DNA of 58,864 bases from assembly GCA_031409275.1 (NCBI GenBank), contig JANNXA010000042.1:1-58864 (forward strand), given 5' to 3'. The position numbers and the translations under genes are program-made. Source of the stretch: Planctomycetota bacterium. GTDB lineage: Bacteria; Planctomycetota; B15-G4; SIAN01. The notes beneath the pieces were generated by a model, which did not search any database, had not been told where the DNA came from, and worked only from the letters and a program-made list of their open reading frames with translations. Positions within the stretch are counted from its first letter, which is position 1; every line of letters starts with the position of its first letter. Of the stretch, positions 19,482-29,164 are shown in pieces.

Positions 19482-20984
19482 CTACTTGCCCGCGTAGCCC
19501 AGGGCGTGCAGCGCCTCGCTGTCGAGCGCTTCGAGCTCGCGCGCGTTGCTGCCCACCGGCGGCGGTAGCTCGCGCATCTGGCGCAAGGCCTCGTCGCGCA
19601 GCGTCGCGGCGCGCTCCGGTTGCGCCGCAGCGAGGTCGCGCTTCTCGCCTGGATCGAGTTCGAGGTCGTAGAGCTCGACCTTGACGGGCTCGTTGGCCCG
19701 ATCGAGCGTCACGATCACCTTGAAGCGCTCGCTGCGCAGCCCGATCAGCGAGTTCGGTACCACGTTGATCTGCCGCTCGCGCAGCGCTTCGAGCAGGATC
19801 TCGCCCGGCGCTTCCGCCGCCGCGCGACGCGCCGGATCGGCGTCCGTGAAGGACAGCAACGAGCGCCCCTGCATCGCGGGCTCCGGCGGGAGTCGCAACC
19901 ACTCGAGCACCGTCGGCGCGACATCGAGCGTCCGGACCAGCGGCGCCACCCGCTCGCCGCGCGCGCTGGCGTCGGGACGCCGCACGATCAGCGGCACGCG
20001 CATCACTTCGTCGTAGATCTCGCTGTTGTGCTCGAAGATCTGCTTGTGCTCGCCGAGCGCCTCGCCGTGATCCGCCACCACCACGATCAGCGTCTCGTCG
20101 AAACGCCCCACCTTGCGCAGCCCGTCGAGCAGCCGGCCGAGCTGTTCGTCCTGCCACGCAAGTTCACCGTCGTAGAGCGCCGACATGTGCTCGCGATCGC
20201 CGGCGCCGAGCTGCCCGCGCTTGTAGAGCTGCCAGAACTTGCGCTGGTCGCCATCCATCGGGCCGCGGTAGTCGGGATCGAAGGCGCGATCCCACGGCGG
20301 CGGCGGCTGATAGGGCTGGTGGGCGTCGAAGTAGTGCACCCACAGGAAGAAGGGCTGCTGGCCGAGGCCGGAGAGCCAGTCGAGCGCCGCGTTGGTCGTC
20401 GAGTCGCCGCTCCGTTGATAGGCGGTGGCGATCGTCGCTTCCCACTTCTTGCGATCCTCGGCAAGGTCCTTCGGCAGCTTGCTCACGTCGAACTTCATCA
20501 GCGGCGTGTCGACGTGGTCGTCGTACGCGGCGAAGCCCTGGTCGAGGCCGAACTGGGAGTCGAGCACGAACGCGGAGACGAAGGCGCCGGTCGCGTAGCC
20601 ACGCGCCTGCAGCAGTTCGGCGAGCGTCGTCTGCTCGGCGCCGAGGAAATAGACCGCGTTGTCGTGGACGCCGTGGCTCTGCGGATAGCGGCCGGTGAAG
20701 AGCGAGGAATGGCTCGGGAACGTGGACGGAATCGGCGTGAACGCGCGCTCGAAGGTCGTCCCCTCCGCCGCGAGCGCATCGAGGCGCGGCGTCTTCGCCG
20801 CCTTGAAGCCGTAGGGGCCGAGCCGGTCGGCTCGCGTCGTGTCGAGCGAGACGACGAGCACATTGACGGGCTGCCCCACCGGCTGTGTGGGCAGACGCGA
20901 CGGCGGCTCGTCACCGCAACTCGCGAGGAGCGCTGGCAGCAGCGGGAGGAGTGACGCCGTTATCGTGCCGCGGTGGCCATTCAT
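19482..20984 (-). CDS. Sulfatase-fold (alkaline phosphatase superfamily) lipoprotein with Thr at the nucleophile position
   Basis: LLASC lipobox, VSLDTTRAD, STFPSHSSLFTG, WVHYFDAHQPY, ADHGEALGEH, ELYDL..DPGE, LHALGY. Confidence 0.88.
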   Translation of the reverse strand: MNGHRGTITASLLPLLPALLASCGDEPPSRLPTQPVGQPVNVLVVSLDTTRADRLGPYGFKAAKTPRLDALAAEGTTFERAFTPIPSTFPSHSSLFTGRYPQSHGVHDNAVYFLGAEQTTLAELLQARGYATGAFVSAFVLDSQFGLDQGFAAYDDHVDTPLMKFDVSKLPKDLAEDRKKWEATIATAYQRSGDSTTNAALDWLSGLGQQPFFLWVHYFDAHQPYQPPPPWDRAFDPDYRGPMDGDQRKFWQLYKRGQLGAGDREHMSALYDGELAWQDEQLGRLLDGLRKVGRFDETLIVVVADHGEALGEHKQIFEHNSEIYDEVMRVPLIVRRPDASARGERVAPLVRTLDVAPTVLEWLRLPPEPAMQGRSLLSFTDADPARRAAAEAPGEILLEALRERQINVVPNSLIGLRSERFKVIVTLDRANEPVKVELYDLELDPGEKRDLAAAQPERAATLRDEALRQMRELPPPVGSNARELEALDSEALHALGYAGK

Positions 20985-22922
20985 CGCGCGGAGCATATCG
21001 ACGGCGCGACAGCGCGACCCGCAACGGGCCGACGCTGGCGCGCGTGGATTGGCGGGCTGCTGCTGGTCGCGGCGCTCGTCGGCTCGGCGCAGGTCCGTCT
21101 TCGCGTCGCCCGCGCCGATCCCGGCTTCGACGCGAGCGATCCGCGCCGCGTGCTGTGGAGCGACCCGGCGCTCCTCTACTACTTCACCGAGCGCATCGTG
21201 GAGAACGGCGGCAGCGCCCCCGCCGACCTGCGCGCCGACCCGAGCTTCCAATGGCCCGACCGCGTCGACGCGATCGCGTTCGAGACCGTGGGTCAGGAGT
21301 ACGTCGCGGCGGCCTGGCACCGCTGGTTCGGGGCGGGGCAGTCGCTGCACGTGAGCTGTCTCGAATCGATGAGCTGGTCGGCGAGCGCGGTCGCGATCGG
21401 CATCTTCCTGCTGGCCGCAGAGGTGACCAGGAGCGCGCTGCTGGGCGGCTTCGCGGCGCTGCTCTACGCGCTGCTTCCCACCAGCTACCGCACGCTCGGG
21501 ATCATGCTGCTGCGCGAGGATTTCGCGCTGCCGTGGTTCGCCCTCCACCTGGGCCTGCTCGCCATCGCCGCGCGCCGCCGCACCGCGAGCTGGTTCGTGG
21601 CGAGCGGACTGGCGCTGCTGCTGGCGCTGGCGACCTGGCACGCGATGGGCTTCGTCGTCGCGATGGAGGCGGCCGTCGTCCTCGCGTGGTACCTGCGCAG
21701 CGGCGACAACCCGTTCACGGTCCCGCGCGCGTGGCTGCTTCCAGCCGTCGTCGCGGCCGGCTCGTTCGTGGTGCCGGTGCTGCGCGCGAAACTCGCCGTC
21801 TTGTCGCTGCCGATGCAGGCCGTCGCCGGCCTGCTCGCGGCGCACGTCGTGATGCGGCGCGCCGGCGCGAAGCCGTGGCACGGCCGCGCGGCAGCGCTGG
21901 CAGGCACCGCGGCGGCGGCGTTGACGGCGATGGCGTTGTCGAGCGCGCTCGGCGGCGGTCTTGGCGACTACTCGCACGTGGTGCGGCTGCTGCTGGCGAA
22001 AGCGCGCTTCCTCGGCCAGTTGCCCGCCGATCCGCGCGCGCTCGATTTCGAGGCGCGCCTCCTGTGGCAAGGTCCGTTCGAAACCAGCAGTGTCGCCGCG
22101 CTGGTCAGCGGCATGGGCATCACGCTGATCGCCGTGGCGTTGCTGCTGCTTCGCCGGATCCCCGATTGGGTTCGCGGTCGCGGCGAGCGACGCGAAGCGC
22201 TGTTGGCGGCGTTCTCGGCCGTGACGCTGGTCGCCGCATGGTTGGTGGCGCGCACGGAAGTGGTCGCCGGGATGGCGGCGCCGGTGGCGGCAGCCGTCGT
22301 GGTCGGCTGGCTGCGACCGCGCCTGGCGCAAGCGCTGGTCGCCGCGCTCGCACTGGCCATCGCCGGTTTCCAGCTCGAGCCCTTCCTGACCCACCACCGC
22401 ATCGACTGGTACTCGGTCCCGCGTCGCTCCGCCGACGGCAGCGTCTCCCTCGTCGCCCATCCCCGCCAGAATCACCTGCCGCGGCTGCTCACGTTCATCG
22501 ACGCCAACGTGCCGAAGGGCGCCGCCGTCGCCGCGGACATGGTCACCTCGACGGCGATCCTCGCCCACACGCGCCACCCGATCCTGCTGCAGCCGAAGTA
22601 CGAGTCGCGCGAGAGCCGCCGCCGCATCGAGGAGTTCCTCGACACCTTCTTCCGCGGCACGCCCGCCGACCTCGCCGCCTGGCTGCGCCGCTACGACTGC
22701 CGCTGGTTCGCGTGCGACGTGAAGACGCTGGGCCTCGGGTCGCCCTACCTCGCCGGGTTCAAGGACGACGGCAGCGAGCCGCCCGCGCCCGGCACCGCCG
22801 CCGCCGCCTTCCTCGCGCCCGAGCCACCGGCAGAGATTTCCGGGCTCACACTGCGCTGGCGCTCCTCCGTCGACCCGCGCGCTGAGCTCTATCGCGTCTA
22901 CGAGCTGACCAGCGATTCGTGA
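20973..22922 (+). CDS. GT-C membrane glycosyltransferase, DPY19-like (STT3-related)
   Basis: About 12-13 TM segments plus soluble C-terminal domain; WSDPALLYYF, LLREDFALPW, DYSHVVRLLLAK..DFEARL, AVAADMVTSTAILAHTRHPILLQPKYESRESRRR; start approximate. Confidence 0.75.
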   Translation: MAIHRAEHIDGATARPATGRRWRAWIGGLLLVAALVGSAQVRLRVARADPGFDASDPRRVLWSDPALLYYFTERIVENGGSAPADLRADPSFQWPDRVDAIAFETVGQEYVAAAWHRWFGAGQSLHVSCLESMSWSASAVAIGIFLLAAEVTRSALLGGFAALLYALLPTSYRTLGIMLLREDFALPWFALHLGLLAIAARRRTASWFVASGLALLLALATWHAMGFVVAMEAAVVLAWYLRSGDNPFTVPRAWLLPAVVAAGSFVVPVLRAKLAVLSLPMQAVAGLLAAHVVMRRAGAKPWHGRAAALAGTAAAALTAMALSSALGGGLGDYSHVVRLLLAKARFLGQLPADPRALDFEARLLWQGPFETSSVAALVSGMGITLIAVALLLLRRIPDWVRGRGERREALLAAFSAVTLVAAWLVARTEVVAGMAAPVAAAVVVGWLRPRLAQALVAALALAIAGFQLEPFLTHHRIDWYSVPRRSADGSVSLVAHPRQNHLPRLLTFIDANVPKGAAVAADMVTSTAILAHTRHPILLQPKYESRESRRRIEEFLDTFFRGTPADLAAWLRRYDCRWFACDVKTLGLGSPYLAGFKDDGSEPPAPGTAAAAFLAPEPPAEISGLTLRWRSSVDPRAELYRVYELTSDS

Positions 22923-23087
22923 GCGCGACGGGGGACGCGTCGCTGCGCCGCGCTCGAGCACACCTCTTTCCCGCCGCCGCGCCCGACCGATAGGGGGTGG
23001 AGCCGTAGACAACGCCCCCTCGAATGCTGATCCTCTGCGCCTCATTTTTCGCCGGGACGGTGAACGCCGTACCGGCAGTCGTCACGA

Positions 23088-24245
23088 ATGGACCTGCTGA
23101 TGCTGCAAGCTTTCATCCCCCGGGAAAGCGAGCCGGGCGAAACACGCGTCGCCGCGACGCCCGAGACCGTGAAGAAGTTGATGGCGTGCGGACTCGCCGT
23201 CGCGATCGAGAAGGGGGCCGGCGAACGCGCCTCCTTCGTCGACGCCGCCTACGTCGCGGCCGGAGCGACGCTCGTCGCCGACCGTGCGAGCGGACTCGCG
23301 GGCGCCGACCTCGTCCTGCAGCTGCAGCCGCCGCGCCACGAGGCGGAACTGCCACGGAGCGGCGCCACCCTCGTCTCCTTCCTCTATCCATCGGCGCGGC
23401 TGCCGATGGTCCGGCTGCTGGCCCAGCGGCCGGTGACCGCGTTCGCGATGGAGCTGATCCCGCGGATCTCGCGCGCGCAGCGCATGGACGCACTCTCCTC
23501 GCAGAGCAACATCGCCGGCTACAAGGCGGTGCTGATGGCGGCGGCGCAGCTCGGCAAGCTGATGCCGATGCTGATGACCGCGGCCGGCACCATCACGCCG
23601 GCGCGGGTCGTGATCCTCGGCGCCGGCGTCGCCGGACTGCAGGCGATCGCCACCGCTCGGCGCCTCGGCGCGCTCGTCGAGGTCTCCGACATCCGGCCGG
23701 CCGTGAAAGAGCAGGTCGAGAGCCTCGGCGCGAAGTTCATCGAAGTCGCGGTGAAGCAGGACGCTGAAGACAAGGGCGGCTACGCGAAAGAGGCCTCCGC
23801 CGAGTTCAGGAAGGCGCAGGAGGAGGCGTTGCGAAAGCGCGTCGCCGAGGCGGACATCGTGATCTGCACCGCGCTGATCCCCGGCCGACCCGCGCCGAAG
23901 CTCTTGCCCGCTTCGATGGTGGAAGCGATGCGGCCGGGATCCGTGGTGGTCGACCTCGCCGCCGAGCAGGGCGGCAACTGCGAGCTGACACGCCCCGGCG
24001 AAACCGCCATCACGAAGAACGGCGTCACCATCCTCGGCGTGAAGAACGTTCCGGCATTGGTGCCGGTGCACGCCAGCGACATGTACGCGAAGAACGTCCT
24101 CTACTTCGTCCAGCACCTCGTCAAGGACGGGAAGCTCAACATCGACGTTCAGGACGAGATCACCGCCGGTTGCCTCGTGACGCGCGGCGGCCAGGTCGTC
24201 CACGCGGCGACGGCGGCGCAGATCCCCGAAGGAGTCGCCACGTGA
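23088..24245 (+). CDS. pntAa: NAD(P) transhydrogenase subunit alpha part 1
   Basis: GETRVAATPE, IPRISRAQRMDALSSQSNIAGYKAV, GAGVAGLQAIATA, GGYAK, ALIPGRPAP. Confidence 0.96.
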   Translation: MDLLMLQAFIPRESEPGETRVAATPETVKKLMACGLAVAIEKGAGERASFVDAAYVAAGATLVADRASGLAGADLVLQLQPPRHEAELPRSGATLVSFLYPSARLPMVRLLAQRPVTAFAMELIPRISRAQRMDALSSQSNIAGYKAVLMAAAQLGKLMPMLMTAAGTITPARVVILGAGVAGLQAIATARRLGALVEVSDIRPAVKEQVESLGAKFIEVAVKQDAEDKGGYAKEASAEFRKAQEEALRKRVAEADIVICTALIPGRPAPKLLPASMVEAMRPGSVVVDLAAEQGGNCELTRPGETAITKNGVTILGVKNVPALVPVHASDMYAKNVLYFVQHLVKDGKLNIDVQDEITAGCLVTRGGQVVHAATAAQIPEGVAT

Positions 24246-24580
24246 TCGCATTCCTCACGACGTTGCCGCTCGCGTTGCCCGGTGCGGCGGAAGGCGGCCA
24301 TACGCTGCAACTGCTGACCGAGCTGACCGTCTTCGTGCTCGCCGTCTTCATCGGCTTCGAAGTGATCAACAAGGTGCCACCGACTCTGCACACGCCGCTG
24401 ATGTCGGGCAGCAACGCGATCTCCGGGATCACCATCGTCGGCGCGATGCTCTCCGCCACCACCGGCGCCGCGACGCTCGCCAACGTGCTTGGCGCCGTCG
24501 CCATCGCGGCCGCGATGATCAACGTCGTCGGCGGCTTCCTGGTCACCGACCGCATCCTTCGCTTCTTCAAGAAGCGCTGA
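24242..24580 (+). CDS. pntAb: NAD(P) transhydrogenase subunit alpha part 2
   Basis: KVPPTLHTPLMSGSNAISG, INVVGGFLVTDRIL; GTGA overlap with the upstream stop. Confidence 0.95.
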   Translation: MIAFLTTLPLALPGAAEGGHTLQLLTELTVFVLAVFIGFEVINKVPPTLHTPLMSGSNAISGITIVGAMLSATTGAATLANVLGAVAIAAAMINVVGGFLVTDRILRFFKKR

Positions 24581-24598
24581 GCGAAAGAACGCCGCCCC

Positions 24599-26026
24599 AT
24601 GAACGAGACGCTCGCATCGCTGTGCTATCTGCTCGCATCCGTCGCCTTCATCCTCGGCCTGAAGATGATGTCGACGGTCAAGGGGGCACGCCGCGGCAAC
24701 GGAGTCGCCGGCGTCGGCATGGCCATCGCCATCCTCGGCACGCTCCTTCACGCAGGCTCGATCGACTACCGTTGGATCGTGGGCGGCGCGGCGGTCGGTT
24801 CGATCCTCGGCGCCTGGCTCGCCTACCGCGTGCCGATGACCTCGATGCCCGAGTTCGTCGCCATCTTCAACGGACTCGGCGGCCTCTCATCGACCCTGGT
24901 CGCGTTGTGCGACTTGCTGCACTGGTCGGAGTCGACGCGCAACATCGACATCACCTGCGCCTCCGCGCGCGGCTGGGACTGGACCATCGCCCTCGAGCTC
25001 AGCCTCGTGGTCGGAGCCATCACCTTCACCGGCAGCATGGCCGCGTGGCTCAAGCTCGCCGGCAAGATCCGCAAGGGCGAGCCTGTGCTGTTGCCCGGCC
25101 GCCACGCGATCAATCTGGCGCTCGCGGCACTGATCTTCGCCGCATCGATCTGGCTCGGCGGCTATGCCGTCGATCACGGAACGCAGCAGATGGCGGCGCT
25201 GCTGATCGCCGCCCTCGGCGGCGTGCTCGGCTGGCTCCTCGTCCTGCCGATCGGCGGCGCCGACATGCCGGTCGTCATCTCGCTGCTGAACAGCTACTCG
25301 GGAATCGCCGCGGCGACCACCGGTTTCGTGCTCGGAAACGACTGCCTCATCATCAGCGGCGCATTGGTCGGCGCGTCGGGGATCATCCTGACGCAGATCA
25401 TGTGCAAGGCGATGAATCGGTCGATCGGCAACGTGCTGATCGGCGGCTTCGGCCAGGTCTCGGGCGGTGACGGCGAGAAGAAGAAGTCGTCCTACACCAA
25501 GGTGAAGAGCTGTGCCGCCGAGGAAACGGTGTCGATCCTCGAAGCCGCGCGCAGCGTCGTCTTCGTGCCGGGCTACGGCCTCGCCGTCTCGCAGGGCCAG
25601 CACGCGATCCGCGAGCTCGCCGACCTGCTCGAGGCCAAGGGCATCCAGTGCCGCTATGCGATCCATCCGGTCGCCGGCCGCATGCCGGGCCACATGAACG
25701 TGCTGCTCGCCGAGGCCAACGTGCCCTACGAGAAGCTGATCGAGATGGACCAGATCAACTCCGATTTCAAGGAGACCGACGTCGTCATCGTGGTCGGAGC
25801 CAACGACGTCGTGAACCCGGTCGCCCGCGACCAGAAGGGCAGCCCGATCTACGGCATGCCGATCTTGAACGTCGACGAGGCGCGCACGATCTTCGTGATC
25901 AAGCGCAGCCTCGCGCCCGGCTTCGCGGGGATCGACAACCCGCTGTTCGAGACCGACCGCACGTTGATGATCTTCGCCGACGCCAAGGAGGCGCTGCTCG
26001 CCATGGCGAAGGGGCTGAAGGGCTGA
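24599..26026 (+). CDS. pntB: NAD(P) transhydrogenase subunit beta
   Basis: MTSMPE, IGGADMPVVISLLNSYSG, MCKAMNRS, PGYGLAV, HPVAGRMPGHMNVLLAEA, GANDVVNP. Confidence 0.97.
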   Translation: MNETLASLCYLLASVAFILGLKMMSTVKGARRGNGVAGVGMAIAILGTLLHAGSIDYRWIVGGAAVGSILGAWLAYRVPMTSMPEFVAIFNGLGGLSSTLVALCDLLHWSESTRNIDITCASARGWDWTIALELSLVVGAITFTGSMAAWLKLAGKIRKGEPVLLPGRHAINLALAALIFAASIWLGGYAVDHGTQQMAALLIAALGGVLGWLLVLPIGGADMPVVISLLNSYSGIAAATTGFVLGNDCLIISGALVGASGIILTQIMCKAMNRSIGNVLIGGFGQVSGGDGEKKKSSYTKVKSCAAEETVSILEAARSVVFVPGYGLAVSQGQHAIRELADLLEAKGIQCRYAIHPVAGRMPGHMNVLLAEANVPYEKLIEMDQINSDFKETDVVIVVGANDVVNPVARDQKGSPIYGMPILNVDEARTIFVIKRSLAPGFAGIDNPLFETDRTLMIFADAKEALLAMAKGLKG

Positions 26027-26183
26027 TCGACGCGGATCGGCAGAGCCGCCGGCTCCTCCGTCGGCGCGCCGCGCTCAGAGCCTGAGCTGGAATCCTGGAT
26101 CGAGCCCGACGAAGCTCCGCGCCCGCATGGCAACGCGGGATGCGCCGCGAGTCGGGCGACGGGAGGGGTTTCTTCTCAGGCTC

Positions 26184-27551
26184 TCAGCGGTTGAAGGGCG
26201 TCTCGTTGATCCAGCGGAAGCCGCGGTCGAGCAGCAGCCAGCTCCGCTCGGGCGCGAGCTTGAGTTCCACGCGCAGCGCGCGGCCGTCCATCGTGCCGTC
26301 GATCCTCAGTCGGTCGAGCGACGGCTGCTCGAACGTGAACTCCGCTTTCCAATCGGGCTGGCCGTAGCGGGTCAGGACGAGCGTCCGCTGGTCGAAGTCG
26401 AAGGCGGTTCCGTAACGTTCGTACGGGTCACCGACGGTGACCAGCGCGGCGCGCCGCGGATAGCTCACGATCAGCTGCCGCCAGCAGGCTGGCTCCGCCG
26501 CGAAGCCGTCGCCTGGACGGCCGTCGACGACGCAGGTGGTCACGTCCCAGATCCCGCGCAGCGGCGACTGGTTCGCCGGGTCGTGGAAGCTCTGCTCCTG
26601 CTGCCGGGCCGCTCCGAGCGTCTGCCAGAGAGCCCAACCGACCACGACGTAGCGCACGACGAATCCCGGCGCCCGCAGCCAGCGCGACTCAAACAGCCGA
26701 TCGAAGTGCAGCGGCCCGATGCTGCCGCGCGCCGCCAGCAGCCGCAGCAGCGCCATCGCATCCGGCAACGCGATCAGCAACGCCATCAGCAGCAGGTGGC
26801 TCGAGTAGAGCTTCACCGGAACGTCGAAGAAGTAGTTGAAGGCGGCGACGTTCAACATCACCCCGCCGCCGACCAGCGCGCCGAGCGTCGCGGTGCGTCG
26901 CTGCAGCAGCAGCAGGCCGGCGAAGATCTCGGCGCAGCCGGAGAAGCGCTCGAACGCGGGTACGGCGCCGATGAAGGTCCAGAGCAGCCCCATCGGCGAG
27001 CTCTCGCCGTACGGCTGCGCCAGTCGCTCGAGATCGGGCAGGGGCATCTGCGCCGGGATCACCTTGTAGGCGCCGTAGCCCAGCAGCGCGAGCGCCAGGA
27101 CATAACGCAGCTGCCAGCGAAACCACGCGAAGAGGCGCGGGGAAGCGGTTCGTCGTGCGAAGAGCGACCAGAGCCCGGCTAGCAGCAGCGCGGCGGTGAG
27201 CGTGCACGCCAACTGGACATAGTTCCAGGTGGTGTCGCCGCTGCCCATCGGGCCGACCGTGACCGACACCCGCAGCACGTGCTCGCCAACCCAGCGCACG
27301 ACGCGATCGACCCCCGTCTGCCACGGCGCGAAGACCCAGGTCGAGAGCGCTTCGGCGAAGCGTCCCACCGCCGCGCTCCACGGCAGCTTGTCGTGGCCAA
27401 TCAACCCGAACGGAATCGCACCCAGCGGAAACGGGAAGCTGTAGAGCAGGAAGTAGACCACGCCGAAGCGCAGCAGGAACCGCCGCGGCGCGCTCCACTC
27501 GAGCGGCACGGCCTTCGGAGGCGGCGGCGTCGAAGAGACGGGATCGTCCAC
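26184..27551 (-). CDS. DoxX-like multi-pass membrane protein
   Basis: GSGDTTWNY, YGAYKVIPAQMP, SPMGLLWTFIG, NYFFDVPVK, LLDRGFRWINETPFNR. Confidence 0.7.
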   Translation of the reverse strand: MDDPVSSTPPPPKAVPLEWSAPRRFLLRFGVVYFLLYSFPFPLGAIPFGLIGHDKLPWSAAVGRFAEALSTWVFAPWQTGVDRVVRWVGEHVLRVSVTVGPMGSGDTTWNYVQLACTLTAALLLAGLWSLFARRTASPRLFAWFRWQLRYVLALALLGYGAYKVIPAQMPLPDLERLAQPYGESSPMGLLWTFIGAVPAFERFSGCAEIFAGLLLLQRRTATLGALVGGGVMLNVAAFNYFFDVPVKLYSSHLLLMALLIALPDAMALLRLLAARGSIGPLHFDRLFESRWLRAPGFVVRYVVVGWALWQTLGAARQQEQSFHDPANQSPLRGIWDVTTCVVDGRPGDGFAAEPACWRQLIVSYPRRAALVTVGDPYERYGTAFDFDQRTLVLTRYGQPDWKAEFTFEQPSLDRLRIDGTMDGRALRVELKLAPERSWLLLDRGFRWINETPFNR

Positions 27552-27562
27552 GACCACCTCGC

Positions 27563-28975
27563 TCAGAACTGGAAGTAGATGAAGGCGCGACCGTCGTCCT
27601 TCGAAAGCTGAACCAGCAGGCCGACCAGGATCCCGAACAGGATCCAGCGCCAGACGCGCAGCCAGCGCGCCGCGCGCGGCCCGGCACGCTCGAGCAGGAA
27701 ATGGAGCGCCCACGGCGCCGCGAAACCGGCCGCCTGCAGCAGCGACCTTCCGGCGCTGGCGAACTCGAACGAACGCAGCGCCGGATCGCCCTGCCCGAGG
27801 CCGGCGACGACCGCGTGACCGAGCCAGTGCAGGCTCTCCGCGCGAAAGAAGCTGAACAGCAGCGTGACCGTGGTGAAGGTCGCCGCCCACGACAGGAGGC
27901 CCTGCCAGGCGTGGCGCGGCTGCCAGCGCCGATCGAGCCCGAGTTGCCGCGAGATCCAGACCGCGAATCCGTGGCCGAGCCCCCAGACGATGAAGGTCCA
28001 CGCGGCGCCATGCCAGAGGCCCGACAGCCCCATCGTCGCCAGCAGCACCGCGAGCAGGCGCCAGCGGCCGCCCTCGCGCGAGCCGCCGAACGGGATGAAC
28101 ACGTAGTCGCGAATCCACCCCGACAACGAGACGTGCCAGCGCCGCCAGAATTCCGGCAGCGTGCGCGCGAGGAAGGGCGCGTCGAAGTTCACCATCAGCT
28201 CGAAGCCGAGCAGCCGCGCGATGCCGCGCGCCATGTCGCTGTAGCCGGAGAAGTCGGCGAAGATCTGCAGGCTGAAGAGGATCGAACCGGCGATCAGCAG
28301 CGGCAGCGACGGCTCATGCAGCGCGAAGATGCGGTCGACGCCGGGCGCGATCGAGTCGGCGAAGATCAGCTTCTTCCAGAAGCCGATCAGGAGCAGCGGC
28401 CACGCGCTGCGCATTCGCGCGAGGTCGAAGCGGCGCGGCTTCTCGATCTGGGTCAACAGGTTCGAGGCGCGCTCGATCGGACCCGCGACCAGCTGCGGAA
28501 AGAAGGAGACGAAGAGCGCGAAGTCGATCAGGTTGCGGCGAGCCTTGAGATCGCCGCGCCACACGTCGATCGTGTAGCTCATGGTCTGGAACGTATAGAA
28601 GCTGATGCCGACCGGCAGCATCAGCGCCAGCGCCGGAAGCTCGATCTGGAGGCCGAGTCGCTGCGCCGCGAGGTGCACGTTCTCGGCGAAGAAGCCCCAG
28701 TACTTGTAGAAGCCGAGCAGCCCGAGATTCCCGCACAGGCTCGCGACGAGGAAGAGGTTGCGCCGCCGCGGCCAGCGCTCGATGCCGAGCGAGCAGCCGT
28801 AGTCGAGGAAGGACGAGGCGAGCAGCAGCGTCAAGAACCACGGATGGACCCATCCGTAGAAGACGAAGCTCGCGGCCAGCAGCAGCACGTTCTGCCACGC
28901 GACCCGGCGCAACGCCCAATAGAGCGGTGCGACGATCGCGAAGAAGGCGAGGAACTCGGGCGTCGTGAAGAGCAT
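27563..28975 (-). CDS. MBOAT O-acyltransferase (AlgI/PatA-like)
   Basis: LPVGISFYTFQTMSY, FFPQLVAGPIER, DFSGYSDMA, FWRRWHVSLS, SGLWHGA, C-terminal FIYFQF. Confidence 0.94.
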   Translation of the reverse strand: MLFTTPEFLAFFAIVAPLYWALRRVAWQNVLLLAASFVFYGWVHPWFLTLLLASSFLDYGCSLGIERWPRRRNLFLVASLCGNLGLLGFYKYWGFFAENVHLAAQRLGLQIELPALALMLPVGISFYTFQTMSYTIDVWRGDLKARRNLIDFALFVSFFPQLVAGPIERASNLLTQIEKPRRFDLARMRSAWPLLLIGFWKKLIFADSIAPGVDRIFALHEPSLPLLIAGSILFSLQIFADFSGYSDMARGIARLLGFELMVNFDAPFLARTLPEFWRRWHVSLSGWIRDYVFIPFGGSREGGRWRLLAVLLATMGLSGLWHGAAWTFIVWGLGHGFAVWISRQLGLDRRWQPRHAWQGLLSWAATFTTVTLLFSFFRAESLHWLGHAVVAGLGQGDPALRSFEFASAGRSLLQAAGFAAPWALHFLLERAGPRAARWLRVWRWILFGILVGLLVQLSKDDGRAFIYFQF

Positions 28976-29164
28976 CGAGCGGTGCGAGTCCTCGCCAGTC
29001 GAACGAAGCGCGTCTGACCTGCGCCGATCCGCGGTCGCGGGATGATCGCGGCGCCCGCGCGCGATCGCAAGCAACGGCGGTCCTGCGGACCGGCGAATCG
29101 GGGCTATTCCCTGGTGCGGCGGCAACTGCCTGGATGGCCGTCGGCATCAGGAGGAGCACTCGAC

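Noticed and set aside
19482..23045. 1187-aa and 1247-aa (42919-46662) ORFs as giant fusion proteins
   Set aside because: Their N-terminal parts are antisense shadows of real genes; true starts with signal peptides lie near 20984 and 44004
23088..24580. Split pntA as a frameshift or pseudogene
   Set aside because: The three-gene alpha1/alpha2/beta organisation is an established form (Rhodospirillum rubrum type)
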